DNA of 53,247 nt from Phycisphaerae bacterium (GCA_012729675.1 JAAYCR010000095.1:1-53247), one strand, 5' to 3'. Numbered from the stretch's first letter, positions 1-11,655 are shown. Made by a program: numbers and translations. Notes: generated by a model from the sequence alone, not told the origin.

Positions 1-489
1 CTGATCAAATGGCCGAAATCGTACAGGCAAATTCAAATCGTTTGTAGTTGTTTTTTTGTTCAACATATTGTAAATTATGAAGTTACAAGAAAATCAAAAT
101 TCAATAACCGGACAGTAGTGATATTTGTTAAAATCTACTCTCAGAGTATCCTTTTTGCTTTCACCCGTTGGGTTCTCCAGTTTCAGATGGTATTAAATGG
201 CTTTTGAGTAGTCTCCATAAGCTTTATACTGCCATTTTCCAGTTTATAAGTAACGCACTATCCGGGAAATCCGATTTTAAGATCATGTATGAATTATCGC
301 CCGATTTGCGTGAAAGCAGGCTTGACCTCAGCCGAGCGGCTGAGATGGCTGAAATGCTTGAAACCGAACAGGCAAAGTCCATCTCGCAGAGATAATGAAG
401 AAGCCGCCCAATAAGGCCGACATCGATTAAGCGGGTACAGTTATGAAACGATGTAAGCCGTATATGCGGGATATCCAAGCATTCGTCTG

Positions 490-2313
490 TTAGTTGGTTT
501 GGCTGCTTTCGTAAAAGGTCAGGGATACTCCGCCGGCGCCCATGCCGGGATTGGAGCTTAGGTATTTGCCGTCGTTGAGCCATGCGTATTTACCGTCGAT
601 TTTGGCTTCAAAGGTCGGTACGAGTCCGCCAAAGGAACCGGTATTGCGAACGACGATCACCTCACCGTCATCGGTCTGCCAGAGATACCGTGCGTCAATT
701 GTCGGGGCTGCGGAGAAGTTTTGGTAGTCCGCTCCGCCAAACAGGACTTTTCCGGCAATTTTTCCCGACAGGGTGCCGCCTGTGATCGGGATGATATTGC
801 GATTGCCTCTCTTGCTCGCTCCGACGGAGGTGCTGGCGCCCAGCGCGACATTCTCCACGATAAGCTGCGGCCCCTGTCTTTCGGATGCATCGGTCCGGCG
901 ATAATCCCAGGGCTGGGCAGGCGTGTCTTTCGGCTTGGCCATTTTAACGGCATCGGCAACGTCAATTCCGGCGGCGGCTTCGGAGACCTCATAGACGGTC
1001 AGGGTGAGTGTTTTGGCTTCAAGGTCTAAGGTGCGTCTTGCGACATAGCTGCCGGAGTTGAGCCAGTTGAACGGGCTTGCGTTCGGGGCTTCAAAATCCA
1101 TCACAACCCGCACATCGGACTGACTTGTGCCGGTTCCGGCGTTTCGCATAAAGATATAACTTCCGTCGTTCGTCCGGAAAACCATTACCTGCTCGATCTC
1201 GACAACCCCATTGGACAGCGTCAGTTGTAAATCGAGCGCGCCGGGCGAAACCTGGCCCTGAATTTTTTCGCCGGATACGGTGCCGCCTGCAACGACAAAT
1301 GCCATGCGCCGGCCGTATTGCGTCTTGCCGACATCATAACTATCTCTCAGATTCATTTTGGCCTCAAGCACCGCAACGCCCTTTTCAGGCACAGGAATCC
1401 CGCCGGGCATACCACACGCCCAGGACGCATCGGGGATGATCGCCTTTTGTGCTGCGTCGGGCTGGCCCTGGTCCCCATATCCCAGCAGTGTCAGCATTTT
1501 TTCGCCGTATCGCTTGCCCAGTTCCCTGTAGCCGGCCGGGTTGAAATGCAGACGGTCCGGCTGAGCCTGGCACCCCGTTGAGGAGACAGCATGTGCAGTG
1601 GGAATGGTTTCGGGTAATGCGGCGATAATCGGATTCATACTGGCGCAGGCGCCGCCCTGATCGGCCGGCACAAGTTCACCGGCCAGCAGCGGTACGTCTT
1701 CGGCCTTCAGTCCCAGGTCCTTGAGCAGGTTGTCGTAGACGCCTTTGACTTTGGCGGGCCACTGTCGGTCGCCGGTGTTGGATTCACCCTGGTGCAGCAG
1801 GATACCTTTGATGACGCCGTCCTTTTGGGCTGTCCGGGCCATATCGACGAGATATTGATAGGGATTTCCGCCGTATGTCGTGATGATCGTCTTCATCCAA
1901 GGGGCCGCCGTTGAGGCGTAGGACTGAAAGGTATCTTTCTCGAACAGTTCGATTTTGCAGCCGGCCACCGAAACGTTGACCACACCGACTTTGATATTCT
2001 CCGGAAGCTTTGCGACCAGCGTTCTGCCGAAGTAGTCAGCCGGGCTGATGCCGGAATTGCCCCGGCATAACGGAGGCGTCGCGGTGTACCAGTTGCCCTT
2101 GGTTCTTCCCATGGCCGGGTTGTCAACAGCCGCAAGAACCCGAAATCGCTCGTCCACTCCCGTTTTGTCCTGGTCTGCAATACCCGGATAGCCTTCCATA
2201 TTGGATTGTCCAAAACACAGATAAATATGGAAATTCGGATCCCGTTCGGCCGCACTGATTGCAGTTAGCGAGAGCACAAGTACAAGAATGCATAACCCCA
2301 GCTTCATTTTCAT
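490..2313 (-). CDS. Secreted SASA-family carbohydrate esterase (sialate O-acetylesterase-like) with a ~330-aa C-terminal beta-rich domain of unknown function
   Basis: The track ORF 490..2838 carries a long in-frame N-terminal extension. The internal start MKMKLGLCILVLVLSLTAISAAE (ATG at 2313) has a GGAGG Shine-Dalgarno ~9 nt upstream and a signal peptide. It is followed directly by DPNFHIYLCFGQSNMEGY, matching the GQSN motif of SASA/SGNH esterases. The C-terminal half is Gly/Ser/Thr-rich and beta-like. Confidence 0.75.
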   Translation of the reverse strand: MKMKLGLCILVLVLSLTAISAAERDPNFHIYLCFGQSNMEGYPGIADQDKTGVDERFRVLAAVDNPAMGRTKGNWYTATPPLCRGNSGISPADYFGRTLVAKLPENIKVGVVNVSVAGCKIELFEKDTFQSYASTAAPWMKTIITTYGGNPYQYLVDMARTAQKDGVIKGILLHQGESNTGDRQWPAKVKGVYDNLLKDLGLKAEDVPLLAGELVPADQGGACASMNPIIAALPETIPTAHAVSSTGCQAQPDRLHFNPAGYRELGKRYGEKMLTLLGYGDQGQPDAAQKAIIPDASWACGMPGGIPVPEKGVAVLEAKMNLRDSYDVGKTQYGRRMAFVVAGGTVSGEKIQGQVSPGALDLQLTLSNGVVEIEQVMVFRTNDGSYIFMRNAGTGTSQSDVRVVMDFEAPNASPFNWLNSGSYVARRTLDLEAKTLTLTVYEVSEAAAGIDVADAVKMAKPKDTPAQPWDYRRTDASERQGPQLIVENVALGASTSVGASKRGNRNIIPITGGTLSGKIAGKVLFGGADYQNFSAAPTIDARYLWQTDDGEVIVVRNTGSFGGLVPTFEAKIDGKYAWLNDGKYLSSNPGMGAGGVSLTFYESSQTN

Positions 2314-2695
2314 GATATTGGCCTCCCGATTTAGTGTGAATGTATATGTTTTCAGTAAAGAGCTTCTATAACCGGCTGGACGAAAATCGCACCACCGTGT
2401 GTCTGTATAGCCGAGACTGTATTGTTTGTCAATAGTGATTTTTTGCCCTTTTTTTGCGTTTTTTTGGCGGGTTTTGCGGATCGGGCGACCTGCTGCCTTT
2501 GATGCTTTTTCAAGAGAATTATCTTTGGCCACGGGTGTATTCACAGCCCTATCAAGTTCGGGCTGAAGCATTTGGGGATGCCGGGGTATGAAGGTGTGCT
2601 GTCGGACGCACAGATCAATCAGCTTACGACATTTCTTCTTCTGGAGGCCGAGCGGAGCGCGGAGGTAATGCGTCCGGCCGTAAACCGGATTTGGC

Positions 2696-2723
2696 TTTAC
2701 AGGCATTTTTAATCGCTTATAAT
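2696..2723 (+). promoter_or_regulatory. Sigma70-like promoter (TTTACA-16 nt-TATAAT) upstream of the lipoprotein gene
   Basis: TTTACA at 2696-2701, 16-nt spacer, TATAAT at 2718-2723, about 60 nt upstream of the ATG at 2783. Confidence 0.3.
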
Positions 2724-2782
2724 CTCTTTGATCATACGTGTCGGGATTTGGCAGGGCAATGCGGGTGTTACAGCGTTTAAAA

Positions 2783-4144
2783 ATGCGATGGCTGCCGCTG
2801 GCGGCGGTGTGGGCGGCGATTGCCGCGGGGGGGTGCAATGCGCCGCGCGAACATCTGGCGGCATTTAATCGACAGTTTGAGACCGGTCAGTGGGCCAGTG
2901 CGTCCTCATTTGCCCATAGGATAATCAACAAAAGCGAGACCCCCAAAGGAGACGATTTGCTGTGGGCGCTGCAACTGGGGGCGACCGAACGGATGCAGGG
3001 GCGATACGCCGAGAGCACGGCGTGGTTTGACAAAGCCGAAGAGATGATGCAATACTATGCGACCGATCCGGCGGCGATCGCTCGTTCGGTTGCGGCGGCC
3101 GTGGTGAATGACAATGTTATCCCTTATACCGGAAGCATTTACGACGGGATCATGGTCAATACCTACAAGGCGCTGAATTATATGTGTGAGGAAAACGCGG
3201 AATTGGCTCGCGTGGAATTCAACCGCGCGATGGATCGCCAGCGAAGGGCCAAGGAAGACTTTGCCAAACAGATTCAGGCGGTGCGGGACGAACTGGACAA
3301 AAACCAGCACAGTACCCTGGCTCGCCGCAGCACTGAAAACGCCGATTTGCGGTCGCGGTTGGAGCAGAAGTATTCGAGTTTGTACAGCTTTGAGGCGTAT
3401 TCGGACTTTATCAGTCCGTTTTCCACTTATCTGGCCGGAGTTTTTTTTGCGGCAACAGACGACTACGCCAAGGCGTCTGACTTGTTGAAAGAAAGTGCCG
3501 GAATGCTGCCGGACAATCACGCCGTCCTCGAGGATTTTGCGGAAGTTGAGCAGGCGCTCAATACCGGCTTGTCCCTTCCGCCGACGGTGTGGGTGTTTTT
3601 TGAGAACGGGCTTGGACCGGTCAAGGAGGAGGTTCGGCTCGATCTGCCGTTGTTTGTTGTGACGAACAATGTGCGGTATTTCGGGATTGCGCTGCCGATG
3701 CTGGTGTTTCGGCCCGCCGCGACGGCCTATTTGGACCTCCGGGCGCAAGGGCAGTCGTATCAGACCGAGCCTGTGGCGGATATGGATCGGATCATTCAGA
3801 CGGAATTCAAGAACGAATTTGACGGGATCGTGCTGCGGGCGGTGTTGTCAGCCACCGCCAAGGCGGCGGCACAATATTCCCTTGAGCGCAACAAATCCGA
3901 GGCTGCGGCCATTCTGATGGCGCTGTACAGTTACGCGACGACGGCCGCCGATGTGCGCATCTGGTCTGCCCTGCCGAAAAACGTTCAGGCGGCCCGCCTG
4001 CCTCGACCCGCCGACGGCCGGCTCATCCTGGCCGCCGGGCAGACGCCGATGACGGTACAACTTCCTGATTGCAGGCATGCGATCGTGTATGTTAAAATGG
4101 TGTCGTCGGTAACGAATCCGACGATCGAACTGATAACGTTTTGA
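2783..4144 (+). CDS. Lipoprotein of unknown function (~453 aa)
   Basis: The start MRWLPLAAVWAAIAAGGC (ATG 2783) gives a signal peptide plus lipobox Cys; the track start 2738 is an upstream extension. It is the first of three consecutive lipoprotein genes. No family recognised. Confidence 0.55.
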   Translation: MRWLPLAAVWAAIAAGGCNAPREHLAAFNRQFETGQWASASSFAHRIINKSETPKGDDLLWALQLGATERMQGRYAESTAWFDKAEEMMQYYATDPAAIARSVAAAVVNDNVIPYTGSIYDGIMVNTYKALNYMCEENAELARVEFNRAMDRQRRAKEDFAKQIQAVRDELDKNQHSTLARRSTENADLRSRLEQKYSSLYSFEAYSDFISPFSTYLAGVFFAATDDYAKASDLLKESAGMLPDNHAVLEDFAEVEQALNTGLSLPPTVWVFFENGLGPVKEEVRLDLPLFVVTNNVRYFGIALPMLVFRPAATAYLDLRAQGQSYQTEPVADMDRIIQTEFKNEFDGIVLRAVLSATAKAAAQYSLERNKSEAAAILMALYSYATTAADVRIWSALPKNVQAARLPRPADGRLILAAGQTPMTVQLPDCRHAIVYVKMVSSVTNPTIELITF

Positions 4145-4162
4145 GCGATAAGGAGAAGTCCT

Positions 4163-4600
4163 ATGAAAACAGCGGCATTATGTGTTCTTGCGGCGATGGG
4201 GTGGGTGTTGTGCGGGTGCGGCAATCCGTCATCCGATCCGCGTGTAAATGTGGCCGATCAAGTCGGCAGCGATTCGCCCGGCAGCAACATCATCCTGCGG
4301 CCTGTGGGGCAGGCGTTCAGTGCCTTGCTCGGAGAAGGCATCGAGGTCAACGAGACCACCCTCCGGACGACCGCACAGGGGTATAAGGAAATTCAAATCC
4401 GCGGGTATAACCGCGCCCACAACATTCGGCGGTTCGATTATATGGTCGAATGGCTGGATGCCGAAGGGGTGGTGATCCCGTCGACGACGGCGGTCTGGCA
4501 GCCCAAGTCGGTCCAGCCCAAGTCCGTCTTCACCATTCGTTCGGTTGCGCCGCGTAAAGACGCAATCGATTTTCGTATGAACACACGAAGTCAACCCTGA
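4163..4600 (+). CDS. YcfL-like (DUF1425) small lipoprotein
   Basis: Signal peptide plus lipobox (VLCGCGN), ~145 aa. The motif VEWLDAEGVVIPSTTAVWQP resembles the W-x-D-x-x-G...WQP region of enterobacterial YcfL. It lies immediately upstream of an LpoB-like gene, as ycfL-lpoB does in E. coli. Confidence 0.5.
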   Translation: MKTAALCVLAAMGWVLCGCGNPSSDPRVNVADQVGSDSPGSNIILRPVGQAFSALLGEGIEVNETTLRTTAQGYKEIQIRGYNRAHNIRRFDYMVEWLDAEGVVIPSTTAVWQPKSVQPKSVFTIRSVAPRKDAIDFRMNTRSQP

Positions 4601-4651
4601 GCGGATTGACGCGTTATTTTCAAAACCAGACGATCTGAAAGGAATACTGAG

Positions 4652-5266
4652 ATGAAAAGCGTATGGATAATCGCAGCGGTGGTATCGGTTGTGCTGTGCG
4701 GCTGTCAGCAGCAGACGCGGAATATTGATATGGTCAACGATACGGGCAAGGCGGTGATGGCGCTGGACTACCGGGATTTTGACCAGGCGGCGACGGCGAT
4801 GGTCGAATCGCTGATTCAGTCGGGCGTTCTGAGCAAGCCCGGCGGCGGGCGGTATGTGGTGGCGACGGGGCGTATCGTCAACGATACGATGCAGCGGATC
4901 GACACCGACCAGTTGATGGCCAAGATCGAACAGGAGATTATGAACAGCGGCCAGGTGGTGATGACGTCGGCGGTCGGAGGTCGGGGCGCGACCGATATAA
5001 TGATCGATGAGATGCGTTATATCCGCGACTCCGCGGGGGCCGGGGAGTTCGCCGGCGAAACACTGCCCCAGGCCGGCCAGCTTATTGCGCCGGAACTGAG
5101 CATTTCCGGGAAAATCATTCAGCGAAATATCCGGTATGATCAAAACACCGAGCAAGTCGAATACTATTTTCAGCTTCAACTGAGCGAAATCGCCCGCGGT
5201 CTGCGCTACTGGCAGGAAGAGACACTCATCGGCAAGCGCGGCGACCGGCGAGCCGTCTCGTGGTGA
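4652..5266 (+). CDS. LpoB-like (COG3417 / CsgG-clan) lipoprotein
   Basis: Lipoprotein signal (VVLCGCQQ), ~204 aa. The VATGRIVNDTMQRIDTDQL stretch resembles the 'VDSVNNRTNGSL' region of LpoB. Gene order with the YcfL-like gene matches ycfL-lpoB. Confidence 0.45.
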   Translation: MKSVWIIAAVVSVVLCGCQQQTRNIDMVNDTGKAVMALDYRDFDQAATAMVESLIQSGVLSKPGGGRYVVATGRIVNDTMQRIDTDQLMAKIEQEIMNSGQVVMTSAVGGRGATDIMIDEMRYIRDSAGAGEFAGETLPQAGQLIAPELSISGKIIQRNIRYDQNTEQVEYYFQLQLSEIARGLRYWQEETLIGKRGDRRAVSW

Positions 5267-5395
5267 CATCGAAGCAGTTGACATTCTGGATGCAGTTTCG
5301 TCCTGTAAAAGGTTGTTTGCACGGTTTGAATAACCGGGTATAATGAGGGATTAAGCGGCACGATAAACCAGAGAGTGTACATCGAGATAATAGAT

Positions 5396-6454
5396 ATGAA
5401 AATGCTGACCTATACTGTTTGGCTGGTGACAGGGGTATTGTTTGCTATGGCTGTGCCGGTGCAGGCCGAGTTGTTACGGCTGGATCCGCAGGGCGATTGG
5501 CATCCGGCGACGGATGTCCCGGAAGCGATGCATCCAGGGCTGGCGCAGGTTCACGCGGCGATGGCGTCCGCCGACAGCGGCGACGTGGTCAAGGCGCTGG
5601 AAGCGATCCAACGTGACTACCCCGAACTGGCCGGGGGCGATTTGGACGCCTTTCTGGCCGCCGAACGCATCTACGCCCGCAAAAACCTCGGCAAGGCGGG
5701 CAAGCTGTACAAGGAGTTTCTGGACAAATGGCCCGACAGCCTCTATCAGCCGGCGGCGATGGAGCGGTATTTTTCCATCGGGGCGGCGTTTTTGCAGGGC
5801 CAAAAGCGGGAGTTTTTGGGCTTTTTGAGACTGCCGGCGTTTGACGACGGGCTGACGATCATGCGGACGATTTCCGACAAGGCGGGCAATGCGCCCATCG
5901 CACTGCGGGCCTTGCAGGTGACGGCTGAGAATCAGGAACGTCGCAGTAAGTATATCGACGCCTATCATACCTGGGCCGAAATTTCCGTGCGCTGGCCGAC
6001 GGGGGCCGAAGGTCGCGACGCTCTGCTGCGGATGGGCCGGGTGCTGCACGCCTCGTATGACGGGCCGGATTATGATGTGACGGTGCTCCACAGCGCGCAA
6101 AGCTACTTCGAGGATTACATCCTTCGGTATCCCCAGATCGCCGAGGAACTGAATCTGGCCGCTACGCTCGATCAGATTACCGAACAACTGGCGCATAAAC
6201 ATTATGAAGTGGGTTTGTATTACGAACGCGCCGGCAACACGGAGATCGCTGACAAGTACTACCGCGACGTAATATCGCGATGGCCCCACACCAGCGCCGC
6301 GCAGATGGCCGCGCTGCGACTGGCGACTGACGCCGACCCGGCGATTGCGAAAACGTTCCGCCGACAAATCTTCAATGCGAGCACCGGATTTCTGGACAGT
6401 TGGTTCGGGGTCGGGATGATTTTCGACGGCGACACAGAAGCGGTCGAGCAGTAA
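5396..6454 (+). CDS. BamD/YfiO-like TPR-type outer-membrane assembly protein
   Basis: Signal peptide (cleavage near VQA-EL). The C-terminal region LAHKHYEVGLYYERAGNTEIADKYYRDVISRWPHTSAAQMAAL aligns closely with E. coli BamD '[42 protein letters not shown]'. The start may be 5396 or 5402. Confidence 0.55.
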   Translation: MKMLTYTVWLVTGVLFAMAVPVQAELLRLDPQGDWHPATDVPEAMHPGLAQVHAAMASADSGDVVKALEAIQRDYPELAGGDLDAFLAAERIYARKNLGKAGKLYKEFLDKWPDSLYQPAAMERYFSIGAAFLQGQKREFLGFLRLPAFDDGLTIMRTISDKAGNAPIALRALQVTAENQERRSKYIDAYHTWAEISVRWPTGAEGRDALLRMGRVLHASYDGPDYDVTVLHSAQSYFEDYILRYPQIAEELNLAATLDQITEQLAHKHYEVGLYYERAGNTEIADKYYRDVISRWPHTSAAQMAALRLATDADPAIAKTFRRQIFNASTGFLDSWFGVGMIFDGDTEAVEQ

Positions 6455-6481
6455 CACGAACCCTCAAAAGGATTTTTGAAG

Positions 6482-6997
6482 ATGAAATTGATTTATGCGA
6501 TGGCGGGAGTCGTCCTCTCCGTCCTGATGATCGGTTGCGGACAGGGCGGTTTTGCGGGCTATCAGAACGAGTGGCTGCATCCGCAGGATATGTCCAGCGT
6601 CTATGTCGAGATGTTCGACGCGGGCGGGTTTCGGCGCGGCCATGAATTCAAGCTGACCGAGGCCGTCTGTAAACGGATCGAGGCCCAGACGCCGTACAAG
6701 ATTGTCACCGACCGCTCGCTGGCCGATTCGATCCTGAGCGGCACCGTGACCACCGGATCGGGCGTCATCGCCGGCGACCGCCACACCGGCCGACCGCTGG
6801 AACAGGAAGCACTGGTGGAGGTCCGCGTGACGTGGAAAAACCTCAAGACCGGGCACATCCTGCTGGACAACGAGACCGTCTATGCCTCGGCAAGCTTTTC
6901 CGAGCAGATGGGGCAGACGTTTGACTCTTCCGCGGATGCCGCACTGAACAAAGCGGCCCACCGCGTGGTAGAACTGATGGAACGGCCATGGCAATAA
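6482..6997 (+). CDS. LptE-like lipoprotein
   Basis: Lipobox (LMIGCGQ), ~170 aa. Overall LptE-like layout, with a C-terminal 'VYASASF...AALNKAAHRVVELM' segment comparable to the C-terminal alpha/beta region of E. coli LptE. AAAGGA Shine-Dalgarno 10 nt upstream of ATG 6482. Confidence 0.4.
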   Translation: MKLIYAMAGVVLSVLMIGCGQGGFAGYQNEWLHPQDMSSVYVEMFDAGGFRRGHEFKLTEAVCKRIEAQTPYKIVTDRSLADSILSGTVTTGSGVIAGDRHTGRPLEQEALVEVRVTWKNLKTGHILLDNETVYASASFSEQMGQTFDSSADAALNKAAHRVVELMERPWQ

Positions 6998-7095
6998 CAA
7001 ATAAAAAGTAAACGATAAAAAAGAAAAGATAATAATGACGGATTCGGCGTTTGGCCGAAGCTGTTTCGATCAAGCAAGCAATTTTATAGGATATA

Positions 7096-9159
<2,064 letters not shown>

Positions 9160-9340
9160 ATGCGTCACGGGGCAGCGGGCAGGCTCGCAGGTCTTCTGCA
9201 ATGGCGTCGGGCGCGATGGTTTGACGGCGGAAAAAAATTAAAAAAAGGCCGGACGCTGTTTCATTGAGACACATATAAATATTTGCCTTATAGAAATTTA
9301 CGGCGATTTTTCAGAATCCGAATAAATCGGAATTTTATGT

Positions 9341-9368
9341 TTGACTATCCCGTAGGAGACGGTATAAT
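9341..9368 (+). promoter_or_regulatory. Near-consensus sigma70 promoter (TTGACT-16 nt-TATAAT) driving the pspA operon
   Basis: TTGACT at 9341-9346 and a perfect TATAAT at 9363-9368. A ~125-nt leader with inverted repeats (cagcttc...gaagctg; ccggtttcgggccgg) precedes the pspA ATG at 9500. Confidence 0.4.
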
Positions 9369-9499
9369 TATGTCAGCTTCGTGCCGCTCGCGTGAAGCAG
9401 CACACGTTATGAAGCTGGAAAAATGATCAGAAAGTCTCGAATGGCTTTCGTCATTGGTGATTCCGGTTTCGGGCCGGAAGCCGAAGAAAGGGGAACACT

Positions 9500-10183
9500 A
9501 TGGGCATTTTCAAACGTCTCCACCGTATCACCCTCGGTCGGATCGAAGCTTTTTTGGACAGAGCGGAAGATCCGGAAAAAGTATTTCCTGTTCTTATTCA
9601 GGAAATGGAATCTCAACTCCAGGCCGCCACAGACGCCGAGGCCAAAGCCTTGGCCGCCCTGAAAGGGGCACAGCGGGATTTTCAGCGTCAACAGGACAAG
9701 GTCCAGCGGTTTGCGCAGGGTGCGGCATTGGCCCTCAAAAACGGCGATGAGGCCACCGCTCGCATGTCCGTCGAGGCGCAACTCGAAGCGGAAAAAATGC
9801 TTGCGATTTCCCAGCAGAACGTGGACATGGCCACAGACGCGCGCGATCACGCCACGGCGGCACGACGGAGAATTCAGCGTCAGCTTGAAGAACTGATGAT
9901 GAAAAAGGACGATCTTCTGACTCGTGCCCGCGTGGCCAAAACGCAGCAAAAGATCCAGCGTACCGTCGGCGGCTCTGTCGGGTCGTCGGACAGCATTTTG
10001 GATGCGGTTGCCCGGCTGGAGTCCGGCATCGAAGAGGCCGAGGCCGAATTGGAGATTCAGGCCGATCTGACCGGCGAGTCGTATGCCGCGCCGTCGCTGG
10101 AACGGCGATTGGCGGAACTGGATCGCCAGTCCGAGATCGAAAAACGGCTCGATGCGATTCGACAGCAGGTCGCTAACGAATAA
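9500..10183 (+). CDS. pspA: PspA/IM30/Vipp1 family protein (paralog 1)
   Basis: The N-terminus MGIFKRLHRITLGRIEAFLDRAEDPEKVFPVLIQEMESQL matches the canonical PspA start (MGIF..., AEDP, QEME). Coiled-coil-rich, 227 aa. Shine-Dalgarno AAAGGGGAA. Confidence 0.9.
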   Translation: MGIFKRLHRITLGRIEAFLDRAEDPEKVFPVLIQEMESQLQAATDAEAKALAALKGAQRDFQRQQDKVQRFAQGAALALKNGDEATARMSVEAQLEAEKMLAISQQNVDMATDARDHATAARRRIQRQLEELMMKKDDLLTRARVAKTQQKIQRTVGGSVGSSDSILDAVARLESGIEEAEAELEIQADLTGESYAAPSLERRLAELDRQSEIEKRLDAIRQQVANE

Positions 10184-10306
10184 GAACCGACGGGCATTCT
10201 CCGTCGGATCGGATGTCGGTCTATAGATGAGAGGTCTGAATCGTGCGGGGTGACCGCGCATCAGGTCTCGACGGGGAGTTGCCGTCTTGTGCAAAGGAGA
10301 TTGACG

Positions 10307-10975
10307 ATGAGTATTTTTGATCGAATACGCCGTATCACCAAGTCCAATGTGAATTGGCTGCTGGATATGGCCGAGCCGGCCGAGCAGGAACTGGAAGCTC
10401 GCATCCGTGAACTGGAAGAAACCCTGATGGAAGGGCGTGAAAGCGCCGCCGCTTATGGCGCCACCTGCCGACGGCTTGCCAATGAACTCTCCCAGTTGAA
10501 GACGCGGGAAGCAGAGTGTCTGCAACGCGCCGAAGCCGCCATGAAGGCCGGGGATGAAAAAACGGCCCGTGCGGTTCTCCAGCAGAAGGTTCAGTTGTCC
10601 GAGCGCATCGCGCAAATGACGCCGGGCGCCGAAAAAGCCCAACACACGTTTGAGAAGCTCCGGGACAATCTGGTTGTGCTCCAACAGCAGTTAAAAGATG
10701 CCAAGCTCAAGCTTCAGGACCTGCGTACGCGCCTGAAGATTGCCGACGCCCAAAAGCAGTTTGATGCGCATTTGCAGAAATCCGTCTCGACGCATCCGGA
10801 CGGTCTGGCGTTTGAGCGTCTGGAAGATCAGGTTGCTCAACGCGAGGCGGAGGTCGAAGTCCGCGCCGAGTTGCAGGCCGGGGCGATGAGCGATTACGAG
10901 CTGGACCGGCAGTCGCGCGACTTGCAGGTCGAGGCCGAATTGCAGGCGCTCAAAGATAAACTGGACGGCCGGTAG
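10307..10975 (+). CDS. PspA/IM30 family protein (paralog 2)
   Basis: The start MSIFDRIRRITKSNVNWLLDMAEPAEQELE (ATG 10307) has a strong AAAGGAG Shine-Dalgarno 7 nt upstream; the track start 10250 is an extension. Coiled-coil, 223 aa. A 7-bp stem hairpin (ccgacgg...ccgtcgg, 10186-10215) lies in the 123-nt spacer after paralog 1. Confidence 0.85.
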   Translation: MSIFDRIRRITKSNVNWLLDMAEPAEQELEARIRELEETLMEGRESAAAYGATCRRLANELSQLKTREAECLQRAEAAMKAGDEKTARAVLQQKVQLSERIAQMTPGAEKAQHTFEKLRDNLVVLQQQLKDAKLKLQDLRTRLKIADAQKQFDAHLQKSVSTHPDGLAFERLEDQVAQREAEVEVRAELQAGAMSDYELDRQSRDLQVEAELQALKDKLDGR

Positions 10976-10995
10976 CGCAGAAAGGAGCCGATGCG

Positions 10996-11655
10996 ATGAT
11001 GGAATTGCTCTATGCGGCGTTTTTGCCGGGCAATCTGTTCTTTACAGTGCTCTTGCTGCTGGTGCTGCTCTATTGGCTTCTGGTGATACTGGGCGCAATG
11101 GATTTTAATTTTCTGGACATCACCTTTGACGGCGATGTGGACATGGATGTCGATGTGGACGCCGATGCGGATATGGAGTTTCACCCCGGCGGCATTATGC
11201 GGAGCATAATGGATTTTTTTTACATCGGCGAAGTGCCGATGATGGTCTTGGTCAGCCTGTTCGCGCTGTCGGCCTGGACGATTTCGGTATTGGCCAATTA
11301 TTACCTTAATCCGAACGGATTGCTGATTCTGCTGCTGCCGATTCAGGCCGCCAATCTGCTGGTCAGCGGCGTCATCGTCAAGGTCGTCGGCGTGCCGCTG
11401 AAAGTGCTGTTTCGCTCGTTCGAGAAGGACGCCAACGCGCCGCGGCAGGTGGTCGGACGCATCTGTAAAATCGTCACCACCGAAGTATCCGGCAAGCGCA
11501 TCGGCCAGGGCGAAATGAGCGGCAAAGGCGCCCCGATTCTGCTGAATGTCATTGCCGAAGGCGACCATGTGTTTCACAAAAATGACGAGGCGGTCGTGGT
11601 CGGGAAAGACCCCGAAACAAACGTGTATAAAATCGCACCTGTAGAAATCGATTAA
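10996..11655 (+). CDS. YqiJ/NfeD-like membrane protein (DUF1449-type; flotillin partner)
   Basis: N-terminal TM helices, an acidic DVDMDVDVDADADME stretch, further TM helices, and a C-terminal soluble OB-like domain. Its position immediately upstream of a flotillin gene matches yqiJ-yqiK and yuaF-floT. AAGGAG Shine-Dalgarno. Confidence 0.6.
   Translation: MMELLYAAFLPGNLFFTVLLLLVLLYWLLVILGAMDFNFLDITFDGDVDMDVDVDADADMEFHPGGIMRSIMDFFYIGEVPMMVLVSLFALSAWTISVLANYYLNPNGLLILLLPIQAANLLVSGVIVKVVGVPLKVLFRSFEKDANAPRQVVGRICKIVTTEVSGKRIGQGEMSGKGAPILLNVIAEGDHVFHKNDEAVVVGKDPETNVYKIAPVEID

Noticed and set aside
168-395. 75-aa ORF (TTG start) at the AT-rich left edge, and a nested 36-codon ATG ORF (MYELSPDLRESRLDLSRAAEMAEMLETEQAKSISQR)
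   Set aside because: Edge of the window, no recognisable family, weak start context. Cannot be supported from sequence alone.
2560-2700. Short frame encoding …MPGYEGVLSDAQINQLTTFLLLEAER…, reminiscent of the C-terminal Met-ligand region of class I c-type cytochromes
   Set aside because: No CxxCH heme-binding motif upstream in frame, a stop codon ~25 codons upstream, and no start or Shine-Dalgarno. At most a gene remnant in the divergent promoter region; not called.
4229-5284. 351-aa minus-strand ORF
   Set aside because: Antisense to the YcfL-like and LpoB-like genes. Arg/Pro/His-rich translation typical of reverse-frame reading of high-GC coding DNA. No start context.
5474-6457. 327-aa minus-strand ORF
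   Set aside because: Antisense shadow of the BamD-like gene. Low-complexity Arg/Gly/Pro-rich product.
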